Assembly (NCBI GenBank): GCA_963819985.1
Contig: CAWFYH010000004.1
Location: forward strand, 466,713-530,712
Length of the DNA stretch: 64,000 bases
From: an uncultured Actinomycetota bacterium
Lineage (GTDB): Bacteria > Actinomycetota > Actinomycetes > DATJPE01
Direction: 5' to 3'
Positions 37,176-47,460 of the stretch are shown here, one piece after another; positions within the stretch are counted from its first letter, which is position 1, and each line of letters starts with the position of its first letter. Made by a program: the position numbers and the translations under genes. The notes under the pieces were generated by a model. The model was not told the DNA's origin. It ran no database searches and saw only the letters and a program-made list of their open reading frames with translations.

Positions 37176-38824
37176 CCGACGGACCCCTGATCGTCCAGTC
37201 CGACAAGACCCTGCTGCTCGAGATCGACCACGAGCAGGCAGCAGCGTGCCGCCGCGCCATCGCGCCGTTCGCCGAGCTCGAGCGCTCACCCGAGCATGTC
37301 CACACCTACCGGATCACTCCACTCGGGCTGTGGAATGCCCGCGCGGCCGGACATGACGCGGAGCAGGTCGTCAACGCACTGCTGACCTTCAGTCGCTACG
37401 CCGTCCCGCACGCGCTGCTCGTGGACGTCGCCGAGACCATGGCGCGCTACGGCCGGCTCCGACTGCTCAAGCACCCCGTGCACGGACTTGTGCTCGAGGC
37501 CACTGACCGACCGGTGCTGGAAGAGGTCATCCGCTCGGCGAAGATGCGGCCACTGCTCGGTGAGCGCATCGATCCCGACACCGTGGTCGTTCATCCGAGC
37601 GAGCGCGGGACGGTCAAGCAGGTTCTGCTCAAGCTGGGCTGGCCCGCCGAGGACTTGGCCGGCTACGTCGACGGTGAAGCGCATCCGATCGACCTGGTCG
37701 AGGACGACTGGACGCTTCGCGCCTACCAGCACGAGGCCGTCGAAGGCTTCTGGCACGGCGGATCCGGGGTCGTTGTCCTGCCGTGCGGCGCGGGAAAGAC
37801 TCTTGTCGGAGCGGCAGCGATGGCTCGGGCGGGAGCGACCACGCTGATCCTGGTGACCAACACCGTGTCGGCCAGGCAGTGGAAGCACGAGCTCATCAAA
37901 CGCACCAGTCTCACCGAGGACGAGATCGGTGAATACTCGGGCTCCCGCAAGGAGATCCGCCCGGTCACTATCGCGACCTACCAGATCATGACCACCCGCC
38001 GAAAAGGCGTCTACGCCCATCTCGAGCTCTTCGACGAACGCGACTGGGGGCTGATCATCTACGACGAGGTTCACCTTCTCCCCGCGCCGATCTTCCGGTT
38101 CACCGCAGACATCCAGTCCCGCCGCAGGTTGGGGCTCACAGCGACGCTGGTCCGCGAGGACGGGCGCGAGGGCGACGTGTTCTCCCTCATCGGGCCGAAG
38201 CGCTACGACGCCCCCTGGAAGGACATCGAAGCGCAGGGCTGGATCGCTCCGGCCGATTGCGTCGAGGTCCGGGTGACCCTCACCGACCACGAGCGGCTGG
38301 CCTACGCGACGGCCGAGCCCGAGGAGCGCTACCGGCTGTGCGCTACCGCGCGATCGAAGACCGCGACCATCGAGGCGCTCGTCCAGCGCCACGAAGGCGA
38401 GCGGGTGCTCGTCATCGGGCAGTACCTCGACCAGCTCGACGACCTGGGCGAACGCTTGGACGCCCCTGTTCTCAAGGGCGAGACGACCGTGAAGGAGCGA
38501 GAACGACTGTTCGAGGCTTTCCGGACCGGGGAGATCCCGACCCTGGTGGTGAGCAAGGTCGCCAACTTCTCGATCGACCTTCCCGAGGCGGCAGTGGCCA
38601 TCCAGGTGTCCGGCACATTCGGGTCTCGTCAGGAGGAAGCGCAGCGACTCGGCCGGGTGCTTCGCCCGAAGGCCGACGGCCGTACCGCCCGGTTCTACAC
38701 CGTGGTCTCCCGCGACACCCAGGACCAGGACTACGCCGCCCACCGGCAGCGGTTCCTCGCCGAGCAGGGCTACGCCTACCGCATCGTCGACGCCCACGAG
38801 CTCAACACCCTCGACGCCGACTGA
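37172..38824 (+). CDS. DNA repair helicase XPB/ERCC3 homologue (SF2, 3-prime-to-5-prime)
   Basis: 550 aa. N-terminal damage-recognition-like domain. Helicase motif I LPCGAGKT, motif II IYDEVH, a RED-like motif and C-terminal motifs (TATLVREDG, QRLGRVLR). Confidence 0.88.
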   Translation: MTDGPLIVQSDKTLLLEIDHEQAAACRRAIAPFAELERSPEHVHTYRITPLGLWNARAAGHDAEQVVNALLTFSRYAVPHALLVDVAETMARYGRLRLLKHPVHGLVLEATDRPVLEEVIRSAKMRPLLGERIDPDTVVVHPSERGTVKQVLLKLGWPAEDLAGYVDGEAHPIDLVEDDWTLRAYQHEAVEGFWHGGSGVVVLPCGAGKTLVGAAAMARAGATTLILVTNTVSARQWKHELIKRTSLTEDEIGEYSGSRKEIRPVTIATYQIMTTRRKGVYAHLELFDERDWGLIIYDEVHLLPAPIFRFTADIQSRRRLGLTATLVREDGREGDVFSLIGPKRYDAPWKDIEAQGWIAPADCVEVRVTLTDHERLAYATAEPEERYRLCATARSKTATIEALVQRHEGERVLVIGQYLDQLDDLGERLDAPVLKGETTVKERERLFEAFRTGEIPTLVVSKVANFSIDLPEAAVAIQVSGTFGSRQEEAQRLGRVLRPKADGRTARFYTVVSRDTQDQDYAAHRQRFLAEQGYAYRIVDAHELNTLDAD

Positions 38825-38963
38825 ATCCTCCCTGGGCGCGCTTCACAGTGGAGTGTCCCCTTCGGCGCTTGCGATGCCACGCTTTGTCCGTTTTGGGGGG
38901 TATTCCGGCAGGTGAAGCAGGGCGCTCCGGCGGGTGAAGCACCGGGGTGGTAGACCGGAGACC

Positions 38964-39599
38964 ATGCAGCCGCATCATCTCGCTCCGGCGTGGATCGAGG
39001 TTTGCCGGGTCGTCGCAGCGCGAGATGACGTCGCCGGCACCGGCGCACGGCTCCTGGAGGCCTACGCCGACCCGAGCCGCCGCTATCACGACCTGCGCCA
39101 CCTGATGGACGTGCTCGACCACATCGACACCCTCGAGGCGGTGACACCGGACCCTGCCGTCGTGCGACTCGCGGCGTGGTTCCATGACGCCGTCTATGAC
39201 CCCGAGAGAGCTGACAACGAAGACCGCAGCGCAGACCTCGCGATCCACGAACTTTCCGGGCTGCAAGTGTCGCCAGGAGTCGTGGAGGAGGTGGCGCGCC
39301 TTGTACGGCTCACGGCAACCCACGACCCGGATCCGGACGACCGGGACGGGGCGGTTCTGTGCGACGCGGACCTGGCCGTGCTCGGCCGAGACCCTGAGGG
39401 CTACGCCTCCTACGCCGCAGCTGTGCACCAGGAGTACGCCTTCGTCGACGACGAGGCCTTCCGGACCGGCCGTACGGCAGTCCTGCAAGGACTGCTGGAC
39501 CAGCCCACCATCTATCGAACCGCCGAAGGCCTGGCCCGCTGGGAGAGCGCCGCTCGCCGCAACCTCACCAACGAGCTCGTCACCCTCGCAGCGGGGTAG
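38964..39599 (+). CDS. HD-domain metal-dependent phosphohydrolase
   Basis: H..HDLRH...AAWFHDAVYD HD motif. ATG 38964 behind GGAG is preferred over GTG 38934. Confidence 0.65.
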   Translation: MQPHHLAPAWIEVCRVVAARDDVAGTGARLLEAYADPSRRYHDLRHLMDVLDHIDTLEAVTPDPAVVRLAAWFHDAVYDPERADNEDRSADLAIHELSGLQVSPGVVEEVARLVRLTATHDPDPDDRDGAVLCDADLAVLGRDPEGYASYAAAVHQEYAFVDDEAFRTGRTAVLQGLLDQPTIYRTAEGLARWESAARRNLTNELVTLAAG

Positions 39600-39625
39600 T
39601 TCGTAACGGCCATAGCCGTCGCGTT

Positions 39626-39922
39626 TTACCCCAATCCGAGCGGGGGCGGCGGTCGGTGCTTGGGGCGGCGCAGCCCTGCGGCGGTGATCCGCGCGACCAA
39701 GATCTTGCTGGAGACCTCGATCGCTCCGGCGGTCACGACAACCGCCCGGTGCGACTCAGGAACGTCGTAGTGATCGCGATGGAAGCCTCGCTCGGGTATC
39801 CCGACCAGCGCGGCGAAAGCGTGCAGCTCCTCGAACGACTGGTCGCTGACCAGGTGACACCACAGGCGTCCACGGCCGGCCCAGATCGCCGAGTCCACGA
39901 GCACCGTCACGTCGTCAAACAC
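39626..39922 (-). CDS. DUF4031 domain-containing protein
   Basis: 98 aa (MFDDVTVLVD...WCHLVSDQSFEELHAFAALVGIPERGFHRDHYDVP) matching the DUF4031 pattern. Confidence 0.6.
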   Translation of the reverse strand: MFDDVTVLVDSAIWAGRGRLWCHLVSDQSFEELHAFAALVGIPERGFHRDHYDVPESHRAVVVTAGAIEVSSKILVARITAAGLRRPKHRPPPPLGLG

Positions 39923-39986
39923 TAGGCGCTGCTACCCTCACCCGGCTCCCCACCCGCCGTGAACGCCTCCTGGGAGGAGCCCAGCC

Positions 39987-42029
39987 ATGCCTGATGACAG
40001 CGTGCCTCGCGGCACCACCGATCCTGTCGCCACGCTCGTGCGCGAGCAGGCCTTCTTGGCCAAGGCCCGCGGCGACCTGGCAGCGATGCGTGAGCGAGTG
40101 CTGGCACTCGATGCGGTCGGAGGCGACGCCATCTCCGACGGCTACCTCGCCGCCACCCTCGAGCATCGCGCCCGCTCCCTTGTCGACAACCCCGACGTCC
40201 CGCTGTTCTTCGGGCGCATCGACTCCCAATCCGGGCGTTGGCACATCGGCCGACGGCACGTCCAAGACGAGCTCGGCGAGCCGGTAGTCGTCGACTGGCG
40301 TGCCGACGTCTCGCTCGCGTTCTATCGCGCGACCAGAACCGACCCGATGGGAGTAGCGCTGCGTCGCCGGTACGGCTTCGAAGGCGGCCGACTGACCGCC
40401 TACGAGGACGAGCACCTCACCGACACCACCGAGATCATGCAACGCAGCGCGATCCTGGCTGGAGAGATCGAACGTCCCCGCACCGGTCCGATGCGCGACA
40501 TCGTCGCGACGATCCAGCCCGAGCAAGATGCCCTGGTCCGTGCCGACCTCAGCGAGTCGCTGTGCATTCAGGGGGCCCCCGGCACCGGAAAGACAGCCGT
40601 CGGACTGCACCGCATCGCCTTTCTGGTCTACACCTTCCGTGAGCGGCTCGGTCGCAGCGGCGTGCTCGTGGTCGGCCCGAACCGAGCCTTTCTCTCCTAT
40701 ATCGCCCAAGTACTCCCAGCCCTCGGCGAGTACGAGGTGGAGCAGACAACCGTGGAGCAGCTCACCGGCGGCGACCGGTTCCGGCTGCGATCGGTCGACA
40801 CGACCGAGGTCGCGCAGCTCAAGGGCGACGCCCGGATGGCGACGGTCTTGCGCCGGGCGGTCTGGTCCCACGTTCGAGCACCGACCGAGCCGCTGATCGT
40901 GTCCGTCGGATCCCGCCGCTGGCGAGTCCCGACCTCGCAGGTCGCTCGGGCCGTCGAGGCATTGCGCGAGCGAGACGTGCGGTACGGCGCCGGCCGGGCG
41001 GTGCTGGGTCAACGCCTCGCCCACGAGGTCCTCGTCGCCATGGAGCGTCAGGGAATTGTCACAGACGACCGCGACCAGGATCGCGTAGCCCGTACGCGTG
41101 ACATGAAGGCATACGTCGACACGATCTGGCCGCGCCTGGATCCGACCAAGCTGGTGATGCGGCTGCTGGGCGAGCAGGATCTGCTCGAAGACAGTGCCCA
41201 GGGCGTTCTCTCCCAGGAGGAGATCACCGCCCTGCGTTGGGCAGACCCGGCGCGCGGCCCCGCCTCGGCTCGGTGGGCGGCAGCCGACACCGTGCTCATC
41301 GACGAGGTGGCCGACCTCATCGAGCGCACCCCGAGCCTTGGCCATGTCGTGCTCGACGAAGCACAAGACCTTTCACCCATGCAGCTGCGGGCGGTGGGGC
41401 GGCGGGCCAGCACGGGCTCGATCACCGTGCTCGGCGATCTCGCCCAGGGCACGACACCATGGGCCGCCACCAGCTGGTCCGAGGCGTTGACGCACCTGGG
41501 TCGTCCAGACACACCCGTTGCAGACCTCACCCGAGGCTTTCGGGTCCCTGCCGCCGTCATCGATTTCGCCGCTCGACTCCTGCCACACCTCGACGTGCAG
41601 CTCGATCCGCCGACGTCCGTGCGCGCCGATCCAGGATTGCTCGAAGTGGTGGCGGCCGAATCACTGGCGGCGTCGGTGGTCTCCGCGTGCCGCGCAGTCC
41701 TTGACTATCCGGGCTCGGTCGGAGTCATCTGCGCCGATGCTTTGGCCAGCGACCTAGGAGGCTGGTTGGAGGACGCGGCGCTCGAACCGGTGGTGCTGGG
41801 CGACGAGATGACCTTCGCCGCCGATCTCACGATCGTGCCGGCCTCCCTCGCCAAGGGCCTGGAGTTCGACCACGTGGTAGTCGTCGAACCAGCGGCCATC
41901 GTGGCGGCGGAGCCACGCGGTCTCAACCGGCTCTACGTCGTGCTCACTCGAGCTGTCTCCGGCCTGACCGTTGTCCACGAACGGGCCCTGCCAGCGGAGC
42001 TCAGCCCGCAACTGCTCACGATGAGATAG
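39987..42029 (+). CDS. HelD-like UvrD-family helicase (helicase IV / RNA-polymerase-associated, HelR-type)
   Basis: 680 aa. N-terminal HelD-specific domain (FFGRIDSQSGRWHIGRRHV), Walker A GAPGTGKTAV, and UvrD-like 1A/2A domains with the characteristic split. ATG behind GGGAGGAG. Confidence 0.8.
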   Translation: MPDDSVPRGTTDPVATLVREQAFLAKARGDLAAMRERVLALDAVGGDAISDGYLAATLEHRARSLVDNPDVPLFFGRIDSQSGRWHIGRRHVQDELGEPVVVDWRADVSLAFYRATRTDPMGVALRRRYGFEGGRLTAYEDEHLTDTTEIMQRSAILAGEIERPRTGPMRDIVATIQPEQDALVRADLSESLCIQGAPGTGKTAVGLHRIAFLVYTFRERLGRSGVLVVGPNRAFLSYIAQVLPALGEYEVEQTTVEQLTGGDRFRLRSVDTTEVAQLKGDARMATVLRRAVWSHVRAPTEPLIVSVGSRRWRVPTSQVARAVEALRERDVRYGAGRAVLGQRLAHEVLVAMERQGIVTDDRDQDRVARTRDMKAYVDTIWPRLDPTKLVMRLLGEQDLLEDSAQGVLSQEEITALRWADPARGPASARWAAADTVLIDEVADLIERTPSLGHVVLDEAQDLSPMQLRAVGRRASTGSITVLGDLAQGTTPWAATSWSEALTHLGRPDTPVADLTRGFRVPAAVIDFAARLLPHLDVQLDPPTSVRADPGLLEVVAAESLAASVVSACRAVLDYPGSVGVICADALASDLGGWLEDAALEPVVLGDEMTFAADLTIVPASLAKGLEFDHVVVVEPAAIVAAEPRGLNRLYVVLTRAVSGLTVVHERALPAELSPQLLTMR

Positions 42030-43440
42030 CTAGCTGACCGCGGAGGGCGATTGCGAAGGTCTCCAGGTTGGCGACGAACCGAGCGACGTCCTCGTCGGTG
42101 TGCTGCACCGACATCGTCCACTGCTCGCACTTGCCCCACGGCGGCAGAAACACGTGACCGTTGTGCTGATAGAGCCAATGCGCATTTCCCCACTGGTCGT
42201 CATAGCCGAGGAAGTCGCGATAGTCGTTGAGGCGATTGGTGAAGATGACTGCGCCCTTGGCCCCGAAGGACTGCACGTAACCTGGCAAGTCATAGCGGCG
42301 TAGCACGTCCTCGCAGCCGCTCACCTGCTTGACCCTGAGGCGCTCGAACTCGGTGTACGCCTCCTCGGTCAGCACGTCCTCGAGCATGGCCCGCGATGCA
42401 GCCATCGTCAGTGGGTTCCCGTTGAAGGTGCCGACCTGCTCATAAGTCTTGTCGGTGACGAGATTCATGACCTCAGGTACGGCACCGATGGCACCGCACG
42501 GCAGGCCACCACCCATCGCTTTGGCGATGCACACGATGTCGGGGATCACCCCTGACAGCTCGGTCGCCCCACCGAAAGCCACGCCGAAGCCCGTCTTCAC
42601 CTCGTCGAAGGCGAGATAGGCCCCGTGCGCGTGGAGGAGCTCCTTGAGGGCCTGGAGGTAGCCCGGAGGGGGCGGGATCATGCCGATGTTCATCATGATC
42701 GGTTCGACGATCATCCCGGCGATCTCGCCGCGGTTCTCGACGAGCACCTGCTCGACGGTTCCAAGGTTTCCGAACGGCACGATGATCGTCAGGTCCGCGA
42801 CGGCCTGCGGGATCGACGCAGCTGCCCGAACGGACTTGGGTCGATCCACTGGGCCGACCTGGTCGTCCTCCGGGTAGACCGAGACCTGCGCAGAGTCGTG
42901 GTGCCCGTGATAGCTGCCCTCGATCTTGATCACCTTGTCGCGCCCCGTGGCGATCCGCATCAGGTGGAATGCGTCCATGGTCGACTCAGTGCCCGAGTTG
43001 TTGTAGCGCCACAACGGGATCCCGAAGCGTCGGGTCAGCTCACGCGATACCGGGATGACATCCTCGGTCGGCTGGGCGAAGTGCGTGCCCAACTTGACCC
43101 GCCGGGTCACGGCCTCGACGATCGCCGGATGAGCATGTCCGGCCAAACCAACGCCGAAGCCGCCGTGGAAGTCCGAGTACTCAAAGCCGTCGACGTCCCA
43201 GACGCGAGAACCGGCGCCGTGACTGATCCAGATCGCTGCCGGAGGCGCGTCCTGCCAAGACGAGGCAACTCCCCCGGCCAAGGAGGCACGAGCCTGCTCA
43301 CGCAATGCCTGCGAGGCGGTCGTCCTATCCAGGACGATCTGCTCCTGCTCGACGATCAGCCGATCCATCGCCACCAGGTCCGCGTCGGGCGTGTGCTCCT
43401 GTTCTGCAACCGCGTGAGTCGACGCGTCGGTGAGCGTCAT
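42016..43440 (-). CDS. class-III (omega / GSA-aminomutase-like) PLP-dependent aminotransferase
   Basis: 474 aa with the class-III aminotransferase fold (SYHGHHD, the EVKTGFG lysine region). ATGA overlap with the upstream oxygenase gene. Confidence 0.8.
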   Translation of the reverse strand: MTLTDASTHAVAEQEHTPDADLVAMDRLIVEQEQIVLDRTTASQALREQARASLAGGVASSWQDAPPAAIWISHGAGSRVWDVDGFEYSDFHGGFGVGLAGHAHPAIVEAVTRRVKLGTHFAQPTEDVIPVSRELTRRFGIPLWRYNNSGTESTMDAFHLMRIATGRDKVIKIEGSYHGHHDSAQVSVYPEDDQVGPVDRPKSVRAAASIPQAVADLTIIVPFGNLGTVEQVLVENRGEIAGMIVEPIMMNIGMIPPPPGYLQALKELLHAHGAYLAFDEVKTGFGVAFGGATELSGVIPDIVCIAKAMGGGLPCGAIGAVPEVMNLVTDKTYEQVGTFNGNPLTMAASRAMLEDVLTEEAYTEFERLRVKQVSGCEDVLRRYDLPGYVQSFGAKGAVIFTNRLNDYRDFLGYDDQWGNAHWLYQHNGHVFLPPWGKCEQWTMSVQHTDEDVARFVANLETFAIALRGQLAISS

Positions 43441-44666
43441 GCTCGGAAGCTCCGTTCGGCGGCGAGAGAGCCCTCAGATACAGGCGGTGGGTCGGCGGAG
43501 ATGGGCGTGCCGTCGCGGTAGGCACGAGCCAGCTGTTGGGTGAACGCCTGAAGAACGATCTCGTGAAAGCTCGAGAACGGCCCAGGGACGAAGGAGCGGG
43601 CTGTCACTCCACGCTGCACCGACTCACAGGCCGTCCAGTCCTGTCGATTGGTCAGGTCCCAGAAGTCGACCGCGTAGGACGGGCTGAAGCCTTCAAGGTC
43701 GAAGGCCTCCGCCGGGAACAACCACTGGCACTCAACCTTGGTTCGGTCGGCCGCCAACGGTTCCATCCGATGGGTCATGACGTAGTCGGGATGCAGGCTC
43801 ACCAGCAGGTTCGGCGTTACCTGCACATAGATCACGTCGCGCAGCCGGCCAGGCGGGACGCTCGGGATCGGCACACCGTGCGAGACACCGTCGAGAGACA
43901 TCGTCTCGTTCCCCTCGATCAGCTCCATGTCCCCGCCGATCCAGGACCCGCGTCCGAGCATGGATTCACCCGAGGTAGGCGAGGACACGCGGCACAGCTC
44001 GGGATGGATCGACACGCAGTGGAAGCACTCGTGGTAGTTCTCCACGATCAACTTCCAGTTCGCCTCGAGTTCGTAGGCGTGCGTCGCAGCGACCATGAGA
44101 GAACGCGTGCTGTAGCGGTCGAATATCTCGCCCAACCCATCCAGATGGTCCGCCAGCGGAGCGGCGTCTCCGGACAAATTGATCATGACAAAGCCTTGCC
44201 ACTCCTCGATTCGCACGCCGTTGAGCGAGAACGGCGTCCGATCCGGAACGTCATCGCGATGCAGCGGGGGAACACCCTTCAGCTCACCTTCGAAGTCATA
44301 CACCCAGGCGTGGTAGGGGCACACGATCGCCTTGCCCGTGGTGGCTCCACCACACGGCAGCAATTCATGACCTCGGTGCCGGCAGGAGTTCGAGAAGCCA
44401 CGCAGCACGCCATCGTTTCCTCGCACCAGCAAGACACCCTCGTCCCCGACGGTGACCGCGCGCTGCTGTCCTGACTCAGCCAGCTCATCAGCACGCCCGG
44501 CGCAGACCCAGCCGCGCCGGAACAGGAAGTCCCGCTCCCACGCCAGGACCTCCGCATCGACGTAAGCGGCTCGCGGCAGCATGCTGCCGCTCGTCTCAAG
44601 GTCGAGTACGGGCTCGAGCTGGGCCGGGTCGACCGGCGCCGGGATCGACGTTTCTACGCTGCTCAT
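43437..44666 (-). CDS. Rieske non-haem iron oxygenase, alpha subunit (no beta subunit present)
   Basis: CRHRGHEL...CPYHAW Rieske motif, and a mononuclear iron site (EN.HE.FH...D) in the C-terminal catalytic domain. Confidence 0.85.
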   Translation of the reverse strand: MSSVETSIPAPVDPAQLEPVLDLETSGSMLPRAAYVDAEVLAWERDFLFRRGWVCAGRADELAESGQQRAVTVGDEGVLLVRGNDGVLRGFSNSCRHRGHELLPCGGATTGKAIVCPYHAWVYDFEGELKGVPPLHRDDVPDRTPFSLNGVRIEEWQGFVMINLSGDAAPLADHLDGLGEIFDRYSTRSLMVAATHAYELEANWKLIVENYHECFHCVSIHPELCRVSSPTSGESMLGRGSWIGGDMELIEGNETMSLDGVSHGVPIPSVPPGRLRDVIYVQVTPNLLVSLHPDYVMTHRMEPLAADRTKVECQWLFPAEAFDLEGFSPSYAVDFWDLTNRQDWTACESVQRGVTARSFVPGPFSSFHEIVLQAFTQQLARAYRDGTPISADPPPVSEGSLAAERSFRA

Positions 44667-44679
44667 TTGACGTCCCTTC

Positions 44680-46323
44680 TCAGGTCGAGCGACGGAACCG
44701 GCGGCGCTTGCGGTCGCTCAGCATCTTCGTGCTGCACAGGTAGCCAGCGATGCCGGTCACACCGCCACCGCCATGCGTGGCCGAGGAACACTGGTAGAGC
44801 CCGTCGATCGGCGTCGTGTAGTCGCTGTATCCCGGGGCCGGCCGCATGTGGAACAGCTGCTCGGGGGTGAGCTCTCCGTGGAAGATGTTGCCGCCGATCA
44901 GGCCGTACTCGTGCTCCATCTCGTAGGGGCCGATCACCTGCCGGTGCAGCACCTGCTTCTTGAAACCGGGCGCCAGCTTGTCGTAGAGGTCGATGACCCT
45001 ATCGGCATACGCAGCGAGCTCCTCGGGGTGCGACTCATCGCTCCAGGTGTGTGGCACCCATTGGGTGAACATGGACATCACGTTGGTCCCGTCGGGGCAC
45101 AGGGTCCGGTCAACGGTCGACGGGATGACCGTGTCGCTGAAGGGAGCCGTCGCCGCCTTGCCGGCGCGGGCCTCCTGGAAGGCAGTCTCCACGTACTCGA
45201 GGGAGTCGCACAGCTCGAGGACACCCGTGTAGTCCTCCGGCGCCAGGTCGGGCGCCGAGGCGAACTTCGGCAGACCTTCGATGGCCAAGTTGATCTTCAC
45301 CGTGCCGCTGCGTGACTTCCACCGCTCGATGTCCTCGACGAAGTCGGACGGAAGGTCGCGCCGATCGAGCTGACGGAGGAAAGTGATCTGCGGGTGCGTC
45401 GCAGCCACGACCAAGTCCGCCCTGATCTCGGTCCCGTCGGCCAGTGCGACCCCCACCGCCTTGCCGCCTTGCACAAGGATCCGCTCGACGGGGGCGTTGG
45501 TCCTGATCTCGGCACCGAACGATCGCGCACTGCTCGCGATCGACGCTGACACAGCCCCCATGCCACCGACGGGATAGCCCCAGGAACCCATGGTGCCGCT
45601 CATGGATCCGTCGCCGACATCGCCGATGGAGTGGTGCAGCATGACGTACGCCGTTCCGGGCTCGCACGGTCCGGCCCACGTGCCGATGACGCCGTTGATG
45701 GCCATCATCCCCTTGACCTCGGGCGACTCGAACCAGTCGTCGAGCAGGTCGGCGATGCTCATGGTGAACAAACGCGTGGTGTCTCCCACCTTGCGCACGT
45801 CGAGACCGCGCATGCCCCAGGCCAGCCTGAGCTGGTCGAGCAGGTCACCAGGCCGCTTGGAGCCGACCTTGGGCGGGCTCTTCATGAGCAGCGGCGACAA
45901 GACGTCGGCGATCCCCTTGAGCCAGGCTTCGTACTTCGGGAAGGCGTCGGCGTCCTTCGTAGAGAACTTGCTGAGCTCCTTGTGGTCGTTTGCGTGATCA
46001 CCGTTGAGCAGCATCGAACGGCCATCCGGGAAGGGGATGAAGCTCGGTCCCATCGGGATGACGTTGTAGCCGTGCTCGGGCAGACGTAGCTCCCGCAGGA
46101 TCTGCCCCGGCATCAGACTCATGACGTAGGACAACGCGGTGATCTTGAACTCCGGTCCCCACGGCGTCTCCGTTGTCGCCGCGCCACCGAGGTTGTCTCT
46201 TGCTTCCAAGACGAGTGGCTTCAGCCCGGCCCGAGCGAGATAGGCCGCCGTGACCAGTCCGTTGTGGCCCCCTCCGACGATGATCGCGTCATAGCTACCG
46301 CGTGCGGTGCCCGTGCCGGTCAC
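44680..46323 (-). CDS. FAD-dependent oxidoreductase of the phytoene-desaturase / amine-oxidase (CrtI-like) family
   Basis: 547 aa. N-terminal dinucleotide fold GGGHNGLVTAAYLARAG, and a C-terminal amine-oxidase-like region. Confidence 0.8.
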   Translation of the reverse strand: MTGTGTARGSYDAIIVGGGHNGLVTAAYLARAGLKPLVLEARDNLGGAATTETPWGPEFKITALSYVMSLMPGQILRELRLPEHGYNVIPMGPSFIPFPDGRSMLLNGDHANDHKELSKFSTKDADAFPKYEAWLKGIADVLSPLLMKSPPKVGSKRPGDLLDQLRLAWGMRGLDVRKVGDTTRLFTMSIADLLDDWFESPEVKGMMAINGVIGTWAGPCEPGTAYVMLHHSIGDVGDGSMSGTMGSWGYPVGGMGAVSASIASSARSFGAEIRTNAPVERILVQGGKAVGVALADGTEIRADLVVAATHPQITFLRQLDRRDLPSDFVEDIERWKSRSGTVKINLAIEGLPKFASAPDLAPEDYTGVLELCDSLEYVETAFQEARAGKAATAPFSDTVIPSTVDRTLCPDGTNVMSMFTQWVPHTWSDESHPEELAAYADRVIDLYDKLAPGFKKQVLHRQVIGPYEMEHEYGLIGGNIFHGELTPEQLFHMRPAPGYSDYTTPIDGLYQCSSATHGGGGVTGIAGYLCSTKMLSDRKRRRFRRST

Positions 46324-46378
46324 GAGAGTTCCCTTCGTTGGCGCGGCCCCATGACCCGAGGCTCGCTGGGAACAGCCT

Positions 46379-46398
46379 AACTGAACGACCAGTCAGTT
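46379..46398. promoter_or_regulatory. operator-like imperfect palindrome AACTGAACGACCAGTCAGTT upstream of the minus-strand oxidoreductase/oxygenase/aminotransferase operon
   Basis: Located ~55 bp upstream of the first gene of the operon (44680..46323). One of three copies of the motif AACTGAAC-N4-AGTCAG in this window. Confidence 0.5.
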
Positions 46399-46438
46399 TG
46401 GCAAGACCGGAACGCGCCTCAGCAGGTCCGAGCGCGCC

Positions 46439-47422
46439 TCAGTAGGTCGGGATCCGTCGAGCAATAAGGTCGTCGGCACGCCCGGACACCTCGCTGTCGC
46501 CAGTGACCGCAGACAAGAAGTCGTCCCGCTCGAGATAGAGCAGGACACAGTCCTCATCTGCGGTGACCGTCGCGGTCCGTGGCACATCACGCAGCAGCGC
46601 AATTTCGCCGAATGGATCGCCAGGGCCGGCAGTCGACAAGGTCTCGCCGGCGAACGTCGCTGTCACGTGCCCGCTCTCCAGCACATAGAAGCGGTCGCCG
46701 GACTCACCTTCCCTGATGATCACGTCACCAGCCGGCACCTCGCGGCGGCCGAGCTGTTGGGCCACAAGTTCCAGCGACTTCGGTTCCAGTGGCGAGAACA
46801 GCGGCACCCTGCGCAGAACGGGCAGGCCTTCCGGTTCACCGAGCGTCTTGTCCAGTCGGCGTAGCCGGACCATCGCGGGCGTCACGATGACCGTGATGAA
46901 CAGGGCCAGCACCGCCAGGGACCAGCGAAGACCCCACAGATGAACCATGACCGGCATCGCGACCGAGCCCAGGGCCATTGCCGTGATCAGGCCGGTCTCC
47001 AGCGCGCCGAAGACCCGCCCCATCACCGAGTCATCGGCCAACCGCTGAATGATGGTCGAAGCGTTGACGTCGACGATGGGATTGGCGAACCCGATGATGA
47101 ACATCGCGAGGAAGGCGGCCCAGAGCTCTGGCCAGATCGCGGCAAGCAGGAGCGGAAGCGCCCAGAAGATGACACCGACCCCGAAGTCCGTGGCCAGCTT
47201 GCGGGCTGAGGCGCGGCCGATGGCGACCAGACCGCCCAGGACCGCTCCGACGCCGAGCACGCTGTCGAGGTAGCCGACGCCCTTGGGGCCGAAGTCGGTC
47301 ATCTGAACAGCGATCTCTACGCTGAACACGATCGACGCACCTGCCACGATCGTCTGTGCGCAGTAGACGAGCGTGACCAACAACAGGTCACGGTTTCGCG
47401 CGATGACCGCAAAGCCAGCCAT
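46439..47422 (-). CDS. C-terminal half of an MFS transporter fused to a cyclic-nucleotide-binding (cNMP/CAP-effector) domain; out of frame with the upstream N-terminal half, so a probable frameshifted gene
   Basis: Six TM helices, then a cNMP-binding domain (FGEIALL...RTATVTA). Together with 47509..48165 it would form a 12-TM MFS-cNMP protein. The frames differ by +1 across a hexanucleotide repeat. Confidence 0.6.
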   Translation of the reverse strand: MAGFAVIARNRDLLLVTLVYCAQTIVAGASIVFSVEIAVQMTDFGPKGVGYLDSVLGVGAVLGGLVAIGRASARKLATDFGVGVIFWALPLLLAAIWPELWAAFLAMFIIGFANPIVDVNASTIIQRLADDSVMGRVFGALETGLITAMALGSVAMPVMVHLWGLRWSLAVLALFITVIVTPAMVRLRRLDKTLGEPEGLPVLRRVPLFSPLEPKSLELVAQQLGRREVPAGDVIIREGESGDRFYVLESGHVTATFAGETLSTAGPGDPFGEIALLRDVPRTATVTADEDCVLLYLERDDFLSAVTGDSEVSGRADDLIARRIPTY

Positions 47423-47460
47423 GGACTCAGCCAGGAACCCACCCTCGTCGGTGCCGGCAA

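Noticed and set aside
39966-39977. CCTCC-TG-GGAGG inverted repeat immediately upstream of the HelD-like gene, considered as a rifamycin-associated-element-type operator.
   Set aside because: It is too short (5-bp arms) and coincides with the ribosome-binding site. I cannot match it to a known RAE consensus from memory, so it is left unclaimed.
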